Shown here: piece after piece, positions 1 through 13,639 of the stretch | How positions within the stretch are numbered: position 1 is the first letter of the stretch | Layout of the letters: every line of letters begins with the position of its first letter | From: Mobula birostris | Taxonomy: Eukaryota | Direction: 5' to 3' | Length of the DNA stretch: 64,000 bases | Assembly (NCBI RefSeq): GCF_030028105.1 | Contig: NC_092379.1 | Span: forward strand, 18,556,742 to 18,620,741 | Position numbers and translations under genes: made by a program | The notes under the pieces: model-generated | The model's input: the letters and a program-made list of their open reading frames with translations, nothing else | Told to the model about the DNA's origin: nothing | Database searches by the model: none

Positions 1-1247
1 GGTTTTCAAACTTCTATCGTAGATTCATCAGAAACTACAGTCGAGTGGCGGCACCCCTTACCCGGTTTACCTCGCCATTTTGCTGGGACTCCGAAGCAGA
101 CTCGGCATTCACTGACCTGAAGAGACGTTTCACCACCGCTCCCATTCTGGTCCATCTAGACCCATCACATCAATTCATCATTGAGCTGGATGCCTCAGAC
201 TCTGAGGTAGGAGCAGTCCTGTCCCAATGATCAAGTTTGGAGGAAAAGCTTCACCCCTGCGCCTTCTATTCTCTCCGACTGTTCCCCACCGAGCGGAATT
301 ACGAAGTGGGAAATCAGGAACTGCTGGCGGTCAAACTAGCGCTGGAAGAGTGGAGGCACTGGCTGGAGGGGGCGGAACACCCGTTTGTGGTATGGACTGA
401 TCATAAGAACCTGGGGTATATTCAGACCGCCAAACGATTGAACTCCCGCCAGGCACATTGGGCATTGTTTTTTGATCGGTTCAAGTTTACCCTCACATAC
501 TGTCCAGGATCCAAGAACGGGAAGCCGGATGCGCTAACCCGCCAGCATGACTCCAAGGATGACACCTCCAAGTCCCGAGACTATCCTCCCACCTTCCTGC
601 ATGGTTGCCACCCTCACTTGGGAGATCGAGGCTAAAGTAAAGGAAGCCCAGCGGGATGACCCCGACCTGGGAAATGGACCCGGCGATCACCTGTACGTGC
701 CCACCTCCATCAGGTCCCAGGTTATCCAATGGGGGCACACCTCCCGGTTCGCCTGCCACCCCGGGAGTGATCGGACGCTAGCTCTCCTGAGGAAGCACTT
801 TTGGTGGCCGACCATGGAGGGGGACACCCGTTCTTATGTCTCAGCTTGTTCCATCTGTGCCTGGGGGAAGGTCTCTCATCGACCACCTGCGGGGCTACTT
901 CATCCTCTACCTGTCCCTGGTCGTCCCTGGTCACACATCGCCTTAGACCTTGTCACCGGTCTACCCCCTTCCTGCGGAAACACCACAGTCCTCACCGTGG
1001 TAGACGGCGATTCTCTAAGGCAGTGCACTTTGTGGTCCTCCCTAAACCCCCTTCCTCTCAGGAAACCGAAGATCTCCTTGTCCGCCACGTCTTCCGCCTC
1101 CTAGGAATCCCTGCTGACATTGTCTCTGTTTGAGGTTCCCAGTTTGTCTCGCAAATATGGAAGGCCTTCTGCCAAGCCTTGGGCGCATCGGTCAGCCTGT
1201 CATCCGGCTTCCACCCCCAGACGAACGGGCAGACGGAACGGGCAAAC
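1..1247 (+). mobile_element. Ty3/Gypsy (sushi/chromovirus-like) pol fragment: RT end, RNase H, integrase; frameshifted
   Basis: ORFs 45-230, 237-635, 547-1104 carry RNase H motifs ([39 protein letters not shown]) and integrase motifs ([32 protein letters not shown]). Confidence 0.9.
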
Positions 1248-1266
1248 CAAAACATTATATTCACAC

Positions 1267-2456
1267 TGTCACAATGGTGGGGGCGTTGATGGTGGACCCA
1301 AATGCAAGACACAGGGACTGAAGTACTAGGAACAGGACAAGGATGCAGGACCTGGGCTAGGACATGGACAAGAAACTGGGGAACTGGACATGGAACTATG
1401 AACTAGGAGCCTGGGCTTGAACCCCAAGCCAGAGACTGGACAAGGACCCAGAACCTGGGTCTTGCCTCGGGCTCAGGCCCCAGAATCAGGCAAGGCAAGG
1501 ACATGACATGACTGCAGGACTGGAGGCTGGGGTCTTGAGGCTTGAGCTTGGAGACAGGCTCGGGGTCTTGGGTCGTGGGTCTAGGGTACTTTGAGGTTTG
1601 TGTATGGACTCCGAGCCAGAGACAGGGCAAGGATCCAGAACCTGGGACTTGACTCGGGCTTGGACTCCAGAACTAGGCGAAGACTCTGGCTCGGACTCCA
1701 GAACTAGGTGAGGACAAGATGAGGCTACAGGACTGGACATGGCTTGGGTGAGGAATTCTTGGGTAGGGCGAGACACAAGGACAGGTAAAAGCACATGGAC
1801 AGAACTCGGATAGGACTGGACTAGGCACGGACTGGACGAGGGCCTTCAGGAGCACGGAGCCTTGGACTAGAAGAGACAGGAGCACAGAACACAGAGCCGG
1901 CAGCCCTCCTTGGGAATAGGACGTAGAGCCGGGACTCATACACAGAACGCTGAACATGAAGAGATAGATCCCAACAGAAGGTGGTGGCAAACGGCTGGAC
2001 CCACCTAGCGAAGGTGTGGACACAGAGACAGTTCTCAACACTAGGTAGTGGCAAACAGCCGGACCTGCCTAGTGAAGGCGTGGACATGGAGAGACAATTC
2101 CACACAACGAAAGACAGTCCCTTATCTTGACCTAACAATGTTCCGGTCTCGCTCCGGCGGTAAAACTTAAGCGATACAGGTGGGTTATACAGGTGGGGAA
2201 TCCAGACTAGGTGAGCAGATAAAGAATCAGGCGAGGTATCCAGGCAGACAGTCAGGTGGGGGGTGGGGGGGTGGGTAAAGCAAGGAGGGGAACAGAACAG
2301 TCCAGCAGGGAATCCCTGATTTGCAGAGGTATTTATGTCTCAGCCGCAATACGAGAATCATGTGCCTACAACAGAAACTGGGGAGAAACCCTGGAATAAG
2401 GAACTATGGACCGGACCGTGAACTGGAATATGGACTTCACGGACTGGACCATGACA
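1267..2456. repeat. Solo LTR-like element with internal degenerate tandem repeats
   Basis: Termini TGTCA...TGACA; 5-bp flanking duplication CACAC/CATAC (1262-1266, 2457-2461); its removal restores the RT peptide LYEYNVL. Confidence 0.75.
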
Positions 2457-3423
2457 CATACAGTCAAGATGGTGTCACAAATGCTGATATCTCTCTAGCC
2501 CTCTCTGTTAAAGGAACGCACCAATATCCCTTTAACAGGTCAATCTTTGTAAGGTATTTAGCCTTCCCCACTTTATCAATGCAGTCATTCACTCTCTTTC
2601 CTTGTTCTTTCTTGTTTCCAGCTTCTTGTTCAACCATCTTACTTTCCTCTAAATTCTTTCTGTAAGAATGCTCCTTGATTGGCTGGGCTGAATTTACAAT
2701 GATGTCATGCCCTGCAGCCATACACCATCTTGGAATGTCAGAAAATAAATCTTTATGTTTGCTAGTTAATTTTTCAACTGTTTTTGCAGTGTAGGTTCCA
2801 AATGATGGACCTTGTCAGTGATATTTTTCAAAACAATGGAACTCTTCAATCTTGTTGATACTAGATTCAGTGGGTTAAAATGATTTTTCACCTCATTCCC
2901 AGCCTCTGCCACCACGACTGTTTTCCTAACTACCCACAGGTGCTACCCTATCAAATAAGTGTTTATTTTAATTTGAACATTCTGCAAACTTTCCTTTGCA
3001 AGGTCACAAACATTGTTAAGTCTTTTCCACACATTGACCCATATTTCCAAATCAGACCACAGTTCTCTGAGTAGGGTCAAATGTCCTTTTCATCTGTGAC
3101 CGAACACAGGTTCAAATAGACTACACTCCAATGATTTTTGAATTATATCTCCAACAGCAAATAAGAGTAGGGAAACCCCCTCATCTCAGTTTTGTTCCAA
3201 TTTTTAACACAATGTTGTATCATTTCTTAATGCATGTATGCATTTGTAAATGACAATAAAAGAGGACTGAGTGTTCTCATAATCTTAAAAAAATATATTT
3301 TTATCATGGTCTTAAGAGTGGAGTTGAACCGTTCCAAGGCTCTCTCGGACTCTGTGTGATGTGCAGATGACCCAATGTGCTTAGCTCCAAATTCTCCAAT
3401 TATCCCTGGAATGTTCTCAAAGT

Positions 3424-5750
3424 AACTGTATGCTGACAGACCGACTCGGGGGAGTGCCATACTAGATCTAGTATTAGGTAACGAACCGGGTCAGGTCACA
3501 GATCTCTCAGTGGGTGAGCATCTGGGGCACAGTGACCACCAGTCCCTGGCCTTCAGCATTATCATGGAAAAGGATAGAATCAGAGAGGACCGGAAAATTT
3601 TTAATTGGGGAAGGGCAAATTATGAGGCTATAAGTCCAGAACTTGTCGGTGTGAATTGGGATGATGTTTTTGCAGGGAAATGTACTACGGACACGTGGTC
3701 GATGTTTAGAGATGTATTGCAGGATGTTAAGGATAAATTTGTCCCAGTGAGGAAGATAAAGAATGGTAGGGTGAAGGAACCATGGGTGACAAGTGAGGTG
3801 GAAAATCTGGTCAGGTGGAAGAAGGCAGCATACATGAGGTTTAGGAAGCAAGGATCAGATGGGTCTATTTAGGAATATAGGGTAGCAAGAAAGGTGCTGA
3901 AGAAGGGGCTGAGAAGAGCAAGAAGGGGGCATGAGAAGGCCTTGGCAAGTAGTGTAAAGGAAATCCCCAAGGCATTCTTCAATTATGTGAAGAACAAAAG
4001 GATGACAGGAGTGAAGGTAGGACTGATTAGAGATAAAGGTGGGAATTTGTACCTGGAGGCTGTGGAAGTGAGCGAGGTCCTCAATAAATACTTCTCCCTG
4101 GTATTCACCAATGAGAGGGAACTTGATGATGGTGAGGACAATATGAGTGAGGTTGGTGTTCTGGAGCATGTTGATATTAAGGCAGAGGAGGTGTTGGAGT
4201 TGTTAAAATACATTAGGATGGATAAGTCCCCGGGGCTGATGGAATATTCCCTGGGCTGCTCCACGAGGCGTGGGAAGAGATTGCTGAGCCTTAGGCTAGG
4301 ATCTTTATGTCCTCGTTGTCTACGGGAATGATACCGGAGGATTGGAGGGAGGCGAATGTTGTCCCATGTTCAAAAAAAGTAGTAGGGATAGTCCAGGTAA
4401 TTATAGACCAGTGAGCCTTACGTCTGTAGTGGGAAAGCTGTTGGAAAACATTCTTAGAGATAGTATCTGTGGGCATTTAGAGAATCATGGTCTGATCAGC
4501 ATGGCTTTCTGAAGGGCAGATCATCTCTAACAAGCCTGATAGAGTTCTTTGAGGAGGTGACCAGGCATATAGATGAGGATAGTGCAGTGGATGTGATCTA
4601 TATGGATTTTAGTAAGGCATTTGACAAAGTTCCACATGGTAGGCTTATTCAGAAAGTCAGAAGGCATGGGATCCAGGGAAGTTTGGCTCGGTGGTTTCAT
4701 AATTGGCTTGCCTGCAGAAGGCAGAGGGTCGTGGTGGAGGGAGTACATTCATATTGGAGGGTTGTGACTAGTGGTGTCCCACAAGGATTGGTTCTGGGAC
4801 CTCTACTTTTCGTGATTTTTATTAACGACCTGGATGTGGGGGTAGAAGGGTGGGTTGGCAAGTTTGCAGACGACACAAAGGTTGGTGGTGTTGTAGGTAG
4901 TGTAGAGAATTGTCAAAGATTGCAGAGAGACATTGATAGGTTGCAGAAGTGGGTGGAGAAGTGGCAGATGGAGTTCAACCCGGAGAAGTGTGAGGTAGTA
5001 CGCTTTGGAAGGACACACTCCAAAGCAGAGTACAAAGTAATTGGCAGGATACTTGGTAGTGTGGAGGAGCAGAGGGATCTCGGGGTACATGTCCACAGAT
5101 CCCCTAAACTTGCCTCACAGGTAGGTAGGGTAGTTAGAAAGCTTATGTGGTGTTAGCGTTCATAAGTCGAGGGATAGAGTTTAAGAGTCGCGAGGTAATG
5201 ATGCAGCTCTATAAATCTCTGGTTAGGCCACACTTGGAGTACTGTGTCCAGTTCTGGTCGCCTCACTATAGGAAGGATGTGGAAGCATTGGAAAGGGTAC
5301 AGAGATGATTTACCAGGATGCTGCCTGGTTTGGAGAGTATGGATTATGATCAGAGATTAAGGGAGCTAGGGCTTTACTCTTTGGAGCGAAGGAGGATGAG
5401 AGGAGACATGATAAAGGTATATATTAAGAGGAATAGATAGAGTGGATCACCAGTACCTCTTCCCCAGAGCACCACTGCTCAATACAAGGGAACATGGCTT
5501 TAAGGTAAGGGGTGGGAAGTTCAAAGGGGATATTAGAGGAAGGTTGTTTACTCAGAGAGTGGTTGGTGCATGGAATACACTGCCTGAGTCAGTGGTGGAG
5601 ACAGATACACTAGTGGAATTTAAGAGACTACTAGACAGGTATATGGAAGAATTTAAGATGGGGGTTTATATGGGAGGCAGGGTCTGAGAGTTGGCACAAT
5701 AATGTGGGCCGAAGGGCCTGTAATGTGCTGTACTATTCTATGTCTATGTT
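3424..5750 (+). mobile_element. CR1 LINE, 5'-truncated ORF2 (endonuclease end and RT) plus 3' UTR
   Basis: RT motifs SGVPQGLVLGP, KFADDTK, WQMEFNPEKC; CTATGT-type tail; AAAGT duplication at 3419-3423 and 5751-5755. Confidence 0.95.
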
Positions 5751-7849
5751 AAAGTTAATACCCTGGTCAAATTGAATTTCTTTGGGCAGACCTACCAGTG
5801 TGAAAAACTTACTGAATGCTTTTACTACAGTCTTTGCCTGGATGTTTCCGAGTGGCAAGGCTTCAGGGAACTGAGACACAGCACACATAATTGTTAACAC
5901 ATACTGATGACCAGCTGCAGTCTTTGGCAATGGGCCTACACAATCCACTGTGACCCTTGAAAAAGGTTCACCAAAAGCAGGTATCAGTTTAAGTGGTGCT
6001 ACTTGAATAACCTGATTAAGTTTCCCATCAACTTGGCTGGTGTGTCAAGTCCTGCAATAATTCACACCATCCTATCTTAAACTAGACCAGTAGAATTCCT
6101 TCATAATCCTATTCACTGTCTTTCTCTCTCCAAAATGTCCACCGAAAGGCATGTTTAAAATTTCATCCCTGTAAAGTTTCGGAACTACTACCTGATGCTC
6201 AATGGCCCAATCCTCACTTGCAGGCACAGTGGCTGGTCTCCACTTTCTCATCAACATCCCATCTTTAAGGTAATATCTCACTGACTCTCTCTGAACCTTC
6301 TCTTCTGTGAGAGCTGTCTCCTTTAAAGCCACCATATCTGAATCTTTATTCTGTTCCTCCATAAATTCCTTCCTCGATAAGGACAAACCTTTTGTCATAC
6401 ATCTTACTCTCATCAGCTTTACTACCCCCTAAGTCCTGCTGGAATATGAAAGGTAGAAAAGTCGATGACACATCATCCTGGAGAGGTGTCAACCTCCCCC
6501 CATTGTTTACTAAAGTTAGCATTATCAATAGACTTATAAAAAACATGTGTATATTGTGGAAGAGGCCAAACAATCCATTTATCTCATTCCTACGACCTTT
6601 ATTCTGACCTGTCTCCTTAGCAACTTCCACCAATGGCGTCTCAAAACCATATCAATTCTCCTTTTTCTCCACAACATCGTCATGCATAACATCATAACCT
6701 TGAAGGTGTTTACCTCCAAATGTCAAAACAAAATTCAACAGAGTGGCACATACTTCCTCAGCAGGCCTTTGTCCTGCAAGCACGGTCAAATGTCGTGAAA
6801 CCAATCTAACTTTCACAATTACTTTATTCAAAAGTCCGGAAACAACACCTTTCCCAATATCTTCAGTAACATTTACCTCACCGATTTCTATCTTATTACT
6901 AACTTTTAAACCTTCCCTCCCCCCCCCCCCCACCAATACAAGTGACTAAGAATTCTCAATTTCCACTGGTACCAAGGTTAACCGCTTATTCACTGAGCCA
7001 TAACCATCTGACACAAAAGAACGGCATTCCTTTCCAACCAAGTCGGACACCTCAGACCTTAACTGAGCTTCAACACAAGGTTCAGTACCCTGTGAATCCA
7101 CAGATACTTCAACAATCTGAACACAGGCAATTGGGACAGCTGCCTCTTCTGGGCCTTCATCACTTGCCCCAGTTTCAAATTCAAGGTCACCCCGAACCTC
7201 CCAGCTACTCTCTGGGTAACTCTCATCTGGAGTAGACTCAACCTCGTGGGATAAACCAACTTCATCTGCTGTCTTAGCAGACCCCTGCAAGGTGGCGGCA
7301 TCCTCTTCAACTAGGTATGCATTTACATCAGCAGGAACACAATTTTTAAATTCTTCAAACAAAACAAGCTCTTCCGAGCTGTAAAAATCATCAGGGTCTG
7401 ACACTAAACCTCTCAGCTGCCACATCTCCCTCTTGAACTGTCTCTGTCTTTCTACCTCTTCTCTCTGTTTTTCTGCCTCTTCTGCCTTGAGCTGTTTCAG
7501 TTGCAACTCATGTTCCCTTTTTAATTTTTCCAACTGAAGCTGAAGCTCAGCCTCAGTAAGTACTTTATCTTCAGCAAACATTTTCAACACATCCTCAGTA
7601 AATTGTGTCGTTGAAATATAATATTCAATTTTTTTTGAATTTCTACCTTAGCCATACCCTTCTTTACCGTCTTAAGTTTCAGCTCCTCAACAATTGTCTG
7701 CAATTCATCCTTTTTAGCTCTCTTCAAAACCACAGGGTTTGACAATGCCAGAAATTTCCTAACATCCATTTCTGCTGTTTTCCCACATGACCAAATCAAA
7801 AGGGATTTTCCCCAATCAATTCCAAATAAGCCCCAACCAATTTGTTCAT

Positions 7850-7868
7850 ATCCCAGACGCAGGCCCCA
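7850..7868 (-). promoter_or_regulatory. Primer-binding site (tRNA-Pro-like) of the Gmr1-like element
   Basis: Minus strand TGGGGCCTGCGTCTGGGAT just inside the LTR resembles the tRNA-Pro PBS TGGGGGCTCGTCCGGGAT. Confidence 0.7.
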
Positions 7869-7870
7869 AT

Positions 7871-8665
7871 TTTGATAGGGACCCAGGACGGGCTAAAGTT
7901 CCAGCAGAAATGGAAAACACTTTGGAGTCCAGTATTGCTATTAACTAATGGTATTTATTAGTAACTACAGAATACAGTAATATAAATGCAGATATATCAA
8001 ACAGGATTGCAATGATTATATATAAGTAAGTGTGGAAATATATGAAAACCAAGCTTCTTCAAGTCTAGGGGTAAATGATGATGATGTGTAAAGCTCAGTT
8101 CAGTTCGTGGTATTGAGTTGAGTGTTGATGGAGAGAGGGAGAGGGAGAGATTTGAGTCTTCAGGTGAGCTGATGCTGTCGATCTTCCCATTGTCCTCCGA
8201 AATCCTTTAGAAGTCACCGACTGTGACCACAACAAAGGGACCATTCTTCTGTGGTGGAATTATCAACCCGTGTGAGGGTTGGACACACAAATGTCTCCCC
8301 ACCGGTCACTCCCTTTTCACACTGTGAGAGCCGCTGATTGATCCGCCTGATCGATCCTCCAAAACCCACCTTTTCTGTGGGCACAACAAAACTCATTCAG
8401 TGTCCAAAACCATGTGTCTCCAGGTCTAAGAGCTGACCTTCTATTTATCTCGCTGTGCTGAATACTAGCTGTCCATCAGGCAGCTCCTCCCTCCTCTCTC
8501 TGTAAGAACACAGAAGCTGCCAGCGTCCCTGTAGGAAGTATAAACAAACTGTGAGCAATCTTTGCCTCTCTCTCTTTCTTTTTAACAAAGTGTCTGGTGT
8601 TGAGCAACTCCCTCTCTCTCTTTTCAAAAGCACAGTTCATAGGGGTAATTAGAGACCCCATCACA
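7871..8665 (-). repeat. 5' LTR of the Gmr1-like element
   Basis: Inverted termini TGATAGGG...CCCCATCACA, adjacent to the PBS and upstream of gag. Confidence 0.8.
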
Positions 8666-8669
8666 ATAT

Positions 8670-11600
8670 ATCTAACATGATTACCAATTTGCGGGACTGT
8701 CCTGAATCCTTAAAGGAGCTGCACCAGCTATCCGCACTGCGAAGAGTTAGAGTGTCTAAGTTCCAGAAGCTGGATCTGTTGGGTGCGTCTCTTAACAGGA
8801 CCCATCACCTATGGCTGACTGCTGACAATCCTGGCTGTTTGTAGAGACAGTGATGATAGACGTCAAAGAGGGCCAGATCTAAGATGTCTCTATCAGGCAC
8901 CCAGCACCTCTACTGTGGTCCGAATTCTTCCCAGTCCACGAGGTATTGTTGAACACCTGGAGCAGTACGCAAGTACAGAAGTCTTCTCACCGTGAAGACC
9001 TGTTCCCCCTCAATAAACCAGAGTGGCAGCAGGGCTGGTGGTGGTGGGGCTAAGGGACTGATGCAGACAGGTTTTAATTTATAGATGTGGAAGGTGGGAT
9101 TCATCTTTAGAGTCTTGGGGAGCTGCAAGGTATAAGCCATGGGGTTTACTTTCCTTAGGACTTTGATGGATCCAGTGAATTTGCTTGCCAACTTTCTAGA
9201 TTCCACACAGAGATACGAATTATAAGTGGACAGCCAGACCTGTTGCTCAGGGTCTAAATTGGGTCTGTCTTCTCCTTCAGTTTGCTTTGGTCTCTGACCT
9301 CTGGATGGAGGCCAGAAAAGTTTCTCATGCCCTAATCTATTTCTGCTTGCAGCATTGGATGAAATCTTTGGCTGCAGGGACCCCAACCTCTGCCTCCTTG
9401 CATGGAAAGAGGGGCAGCGGATAACCAAACTGTCACTTGAATAGTGACATCCCATACGCTGAATGCTGTAAGATGTCCACTCATAAGGTCTTTCTGAGGC
9501 CAGGCATCTGAAGGTACATTCTAAATCTTGTTTAGTCCACTCCATCTGACCTTTGGATTGAGGGTAAAACCCAGAGGAAAAGCTTACTGCTGCCACTATC
9601 AGTTTACAGAACACTCTCCAGAAATATGATGTTTATTGTGGACCACAATCTGAGACAACATCCACCAGGAATCTGTGGATCCTGAAGACCAGCACCAGGA
9701 CTATTTTGGCTGTCCCCCCTGCAGATGGTTGCTTCTTCAAGACAATGAACTTGCAGGCTTTCAAAAACCAATCGAAAATTACCATGATGACCGGCTTCCC
9801 CTTGGTTGGCAGGAGACCCATGACAAGGTCCATGGAGGTGTGTGTCCAATGTCTTTCCAGAACAGGACGGGGGTGGGGGAGCCCTTGAGATCAGGAATGA
9901 GGCTCCTTGTTCCAGTCACACACCTTACATGCTTCCACGAAGGACCGAACCTCTTTTGTCATTCCAGGCATCCAGTACCTCCACTTGGTAAACCTGAGGG
10001 TCCTGGCAATCCCTGGCAGTGTGGTCATTTTTGACGAATGACCCCATTGGAGTACTTGTGACCAGAATGAAGTTGGGACAAAGAGCTGACCTAGAAGGCT
10101 GTTCTTAGAAATTCCCCCCAATCGCTTGGGCCTTGTGATCAGGATCGTCGTTTGCTCATCCAATTGCTGTGACCACACTGACTTGCGGCAAAATAGGGGT
10201 AGGTTGCTCCTCTCATTCTGGTTCGTCAAACTCACGGGACAGGGCTTCTGGCTTCTGGTTCTTTGACCCCAGTCAATAGAACAGGATGAATTCAAAAAAC
10301 AAAGACAACCTGACCTGCTCGGAATGCAGGCTCTTGGCCTCCTGAATATAAGCCAGGTTCTTCTGGTCAGTCCAAATGATAAAAGGGTTCCTGGCCCCCT
10401 CAAACCAGTGACGCCATTACTCCAAAGCTAAGAACTGCAAGGGGCTCCCAATTCTCGTTGTCATAGTTCCTCTCTGCCGGGGATAGCCACCTGGAGAAGA
10501 ATGCGCACAGGTTTAGTTTACCATCCAAAGGTGATCGTTGAGACAAGATGGCACCCACTCCATTGATTGAGCTGTCCACCTCCATGATGAAAGGGAGGTC
10601 CCAGTTAGGAGAAACCAAATTAGAAGCTGTTGTGAACCACTGTTTGAGCTCAACAAAAGCAGACTCTGCTTCGGTAGTCCAGACGTAAGGGTGTGTAGAA
10701 TTCTTAATTAGCAAAGGCAGCAGACCTGCACTGAGCTGAAGTTGCTTATGAACTTCTGGTAGAAATTTGCAATCCCCAAGAAACATTGGATTTGTTTGCT
10801 GCTAGATGGTGGCGGTCAGTCTCTGACTGCCTGGGTCTTGGTAAGTCTTGGTAGGCTCCATCTTGAGATTGCCATTGGAGATGATGAACACCAAAAATGA
10901 AACAGTCGTCACGTGAAACTCAGACTTCTCCAACAGAACATCAACTCCATGCTCTAGACGCCTCTTTAAAATGTCCCTGACGTTAACGTCGTTTTTCTCC
11001 ATGGACTTTGAAAAGGTTACGGTATCATCAATGTAGATGAAGGAATACTTATCAAGAATATCCATAATGGCTGGAGCATTCACGAGGCTGAAGGGCATCA
11101 CCAGATACTCGTAGTGCCCCGTTGGTGTATTGAATGCAGTCTTCCACTCATCACATTCCCTTATATGGACCAGATGGTACACACTCTGTCATTCCAGATT
11201 TGTGAATACTCTCAGTCTTGGAGCATTTCGAAGTCCATGAATGGCAGTGGGTAGTGATATTTGGCCATCATGCAGTTTAATCCTCTATAATCAATGCACG
11301 GCCGAGGGCTTCCGTCCTTCTTTCGTATGAAGCAGAAGCCTGTGCCAGTGAGTGAGGTGAAGAGCCGAATGAAGCCTGTGGCAAGAGCCTCCTTAATATA
11401 CTCTTCCACTACACTTCTCTCTGGGCCCAAGAGTGCACTTAATCAACGCTGCAGGGGACAAGTACCAGGCAGCAGGTATCGCACAGTTGTGGGGTTGGTG
11501 TGTTGGAAGAGTTGAGGCCTTTCCCTTGCTGAAGGCTTCCTCCATGTCCTTGTAGATGGATGCACTTTCAATGGGTTTGGGTGTTCTATCTCCTTGGACT

Positions 11601-12420
11601 CTCTTTCGAAGATGATCCCTGAGGCTTTTTAGGCGGTGGGGTGATTCAACTGACCTCAGAGTCCGCTCCCTAGGCTCACAAAGCTCATTCATGGAAACGA
11701 GCCAAGTCAGAGTCTAAATCCCAATCAGGATCCTCAGTCAGCGGCAGCGAGGTGTTACAGAGGGTTCTTTTCCTCCTGGGAACAGGTTTCAAGGCTCGGC
11801 ATAATGGAGTCTGTTCCATTACTCGAGACCTGGTAGCTGTGTTCTTAAGGTTGGCTGCAAGTTTCCCAGAGAGTTCGGGCATCTCTTTGGTCTAGTTCCT
11901 GTGGGATTCAGACTCGATAGTGTCAGAACTCATACAGTCTCATCGTCTGGAATCAGTTTCTCCATCCAGGAGGGCAGGACTAAGTCACCAGAAGGTCTTG
12001 GATTACTTCGCACTGAGGCTGCACCCTTTTTGGTCATTTCTCATGGGAGTGTCTGAGTCTTGGAACACCATGCCACAAACAAACCGTCTTACAATGACGG
12101 ACCAAGAAATTGAGGGGTAGGGCCAGGAGGGGATTTGGTACTCGAATTAGTGTAGTAAAGGGAACAGATAATATTAGTGTGAGGAATGTGAAACCAACGT
12201 TTTGTTTCAATGATTCTCCCCTCCCTCCAGTCCATGGAGGATTATGCTGGGATAGCCAAGGGTACTCGAGGATCAGGGGTACGTGGAGAATCAATTATGT
12301 AGAAACTAATATCATCCCCATGATCTGCTATCCTCATCTGCAAATCCACAGTCTGTTGCTGGATCCGCCCGGAACTGAGTGGGTGACTGTCCAAGACAGT
12401 TGCAGGCATGGCTTGGCTCA
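8670..12420 (-). mobile_element. Chromoviral Ty3/Gypsy pol (protease end, RT, RNase H, integrase, chromodomain); degenerate
   Basis: [10 protein letters not shown]; EWKTAFNTPTGHYEYLVMPF; YIDD; EVDSS..GVGAILSQ; integrase C-terminus followed by chromodomain QYLVDWEEFGP. Confidence 0.9.
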
Positions 12421-12454
12421 ACACTCACAGCGGGCAGTAACTTACAGATAAGTT

Positions 12455-13517
12455 ACAGTACCTAGGCCTTTGTCCCTCCCTCTGCAATTGGATGCTCCGG
12501 TTAGGAAGACCACCATTCGTGATAATATCTCCTCCTTGCTGACGATCAACACTGGTGCACGTCAGGGGTGTGTGCTTAGCCCACTGCTTCTCTCTCTCTA
12601 TACCCATGACTATGTGGTTGGGCATAGCTCAAATACCATCTATAAATTTGCTGATGATACAACCGTTATTGGTAGAATCTCAGATGGAGATGAGAGGGCG
12701 TGCAGGAGGGAGATATACCAACTTGTGTCGTGGTGCCACTGCAACAACCTTGCACTCAATAACAGTAAGACAAAAGAGCTGATTGTGGATTTCAGGAAGG
12801 GCAAGATCAAGGAACACATACCAATCCTCATAGAGGAATCAGAAGTGGAGACAGTGAGCCATTTCAAGTCCCTGGGTGTCAAGATCTCTGAGCACCTAAC
12901 CTGCCCCCAACATATCGACGCAGCTATAAAGAAGGCAAGACAGTGACAATACTTCATTAGGAGTTTGAAGAGATTTGGTAGGTCAACAAAAACACTCAAA
13001 AGCTTCTATAGATGTACCATGGAGAGCATTCTGACAGGCTGCCACACTGTCTGGCGGGGGGCGGGGTTGGGGTGTTGGGTGGCTACTGCACAAGACCGAA
13101 AGAAGCTGCAGAAGGTCATAAATTTAGTTGGCTCTATCGGGGGTACTAGCCTACATAGTACCCAGGACATCTTCAAAGAGAGGTATCTCAGAAAGGCAGC
13201 GTCCATTATTAAGGACCCCCAGCACCCATTCCCATCAGATAGGAGGTACAGAAACCTGAAGGCACACACTCAGCGATTCAGGAACAGCTTCTGCCCCTCT
13301 GCCATTTAATTCCTAAATGGATATTGAACCCATGAACACCCCCTCACTTTTTAAATATATACTATTTCTGTTTTTGCATAATTTTTAATCTTGTTCAATA
13401 TATGTAAACTATAATTTATTTATTTATATATTTTTCTTTTTATATTATGTATTGCTTTGAACTGCTGCTGCTAAACTAACAAATTTCATGACACATGCTG
13501 GTGATAATAAACCTGAT
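12455..13517 (+). mobile_element. Rex1/Babar-type LINE, 3' RT fragment and 3' UTR
   Basis: TGARQGCVLSPLL, YKFADDTTVIG, NNLALNNSKTKELIVDFRK; AT-rich 3' UTR ending AATAAACCTGATTCTG. Confidence 0.85.
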
Positions 13518-13639
13518 TCTGGATGTTGAACCAACCAGTGAATCAATGGGATTGGGATTAGTGACTGCTACGGTTATAGTCCTCCTGATACTGAACGGTC
13601 TTAGCAGTCCTGACTGTTCCAGCCTGGGATGTTCAATCA

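Larger units (their letters stand above)
1248..8665 (-). mobile_element. Gmr1-like Gypsy retrotransposon (gag/SCAN-like capsid, integrase, then RT), degenerate and interrupted by a solo LTR and a CR1
   Basis: Minus-strand order: gag 7799-6946 (LVLFEEFKNCVPADVNAYL), integrase zinc finger 6413-6072 (GHFGERKT...FYW), integrase core 5948-5733 plus 3460-3227 (DCVGPLPKT, DQG, ERF), RT 2721-2464 (KYLTKIDLLKGYWCVPLT...SAFVTP). Confidence 0.85.
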
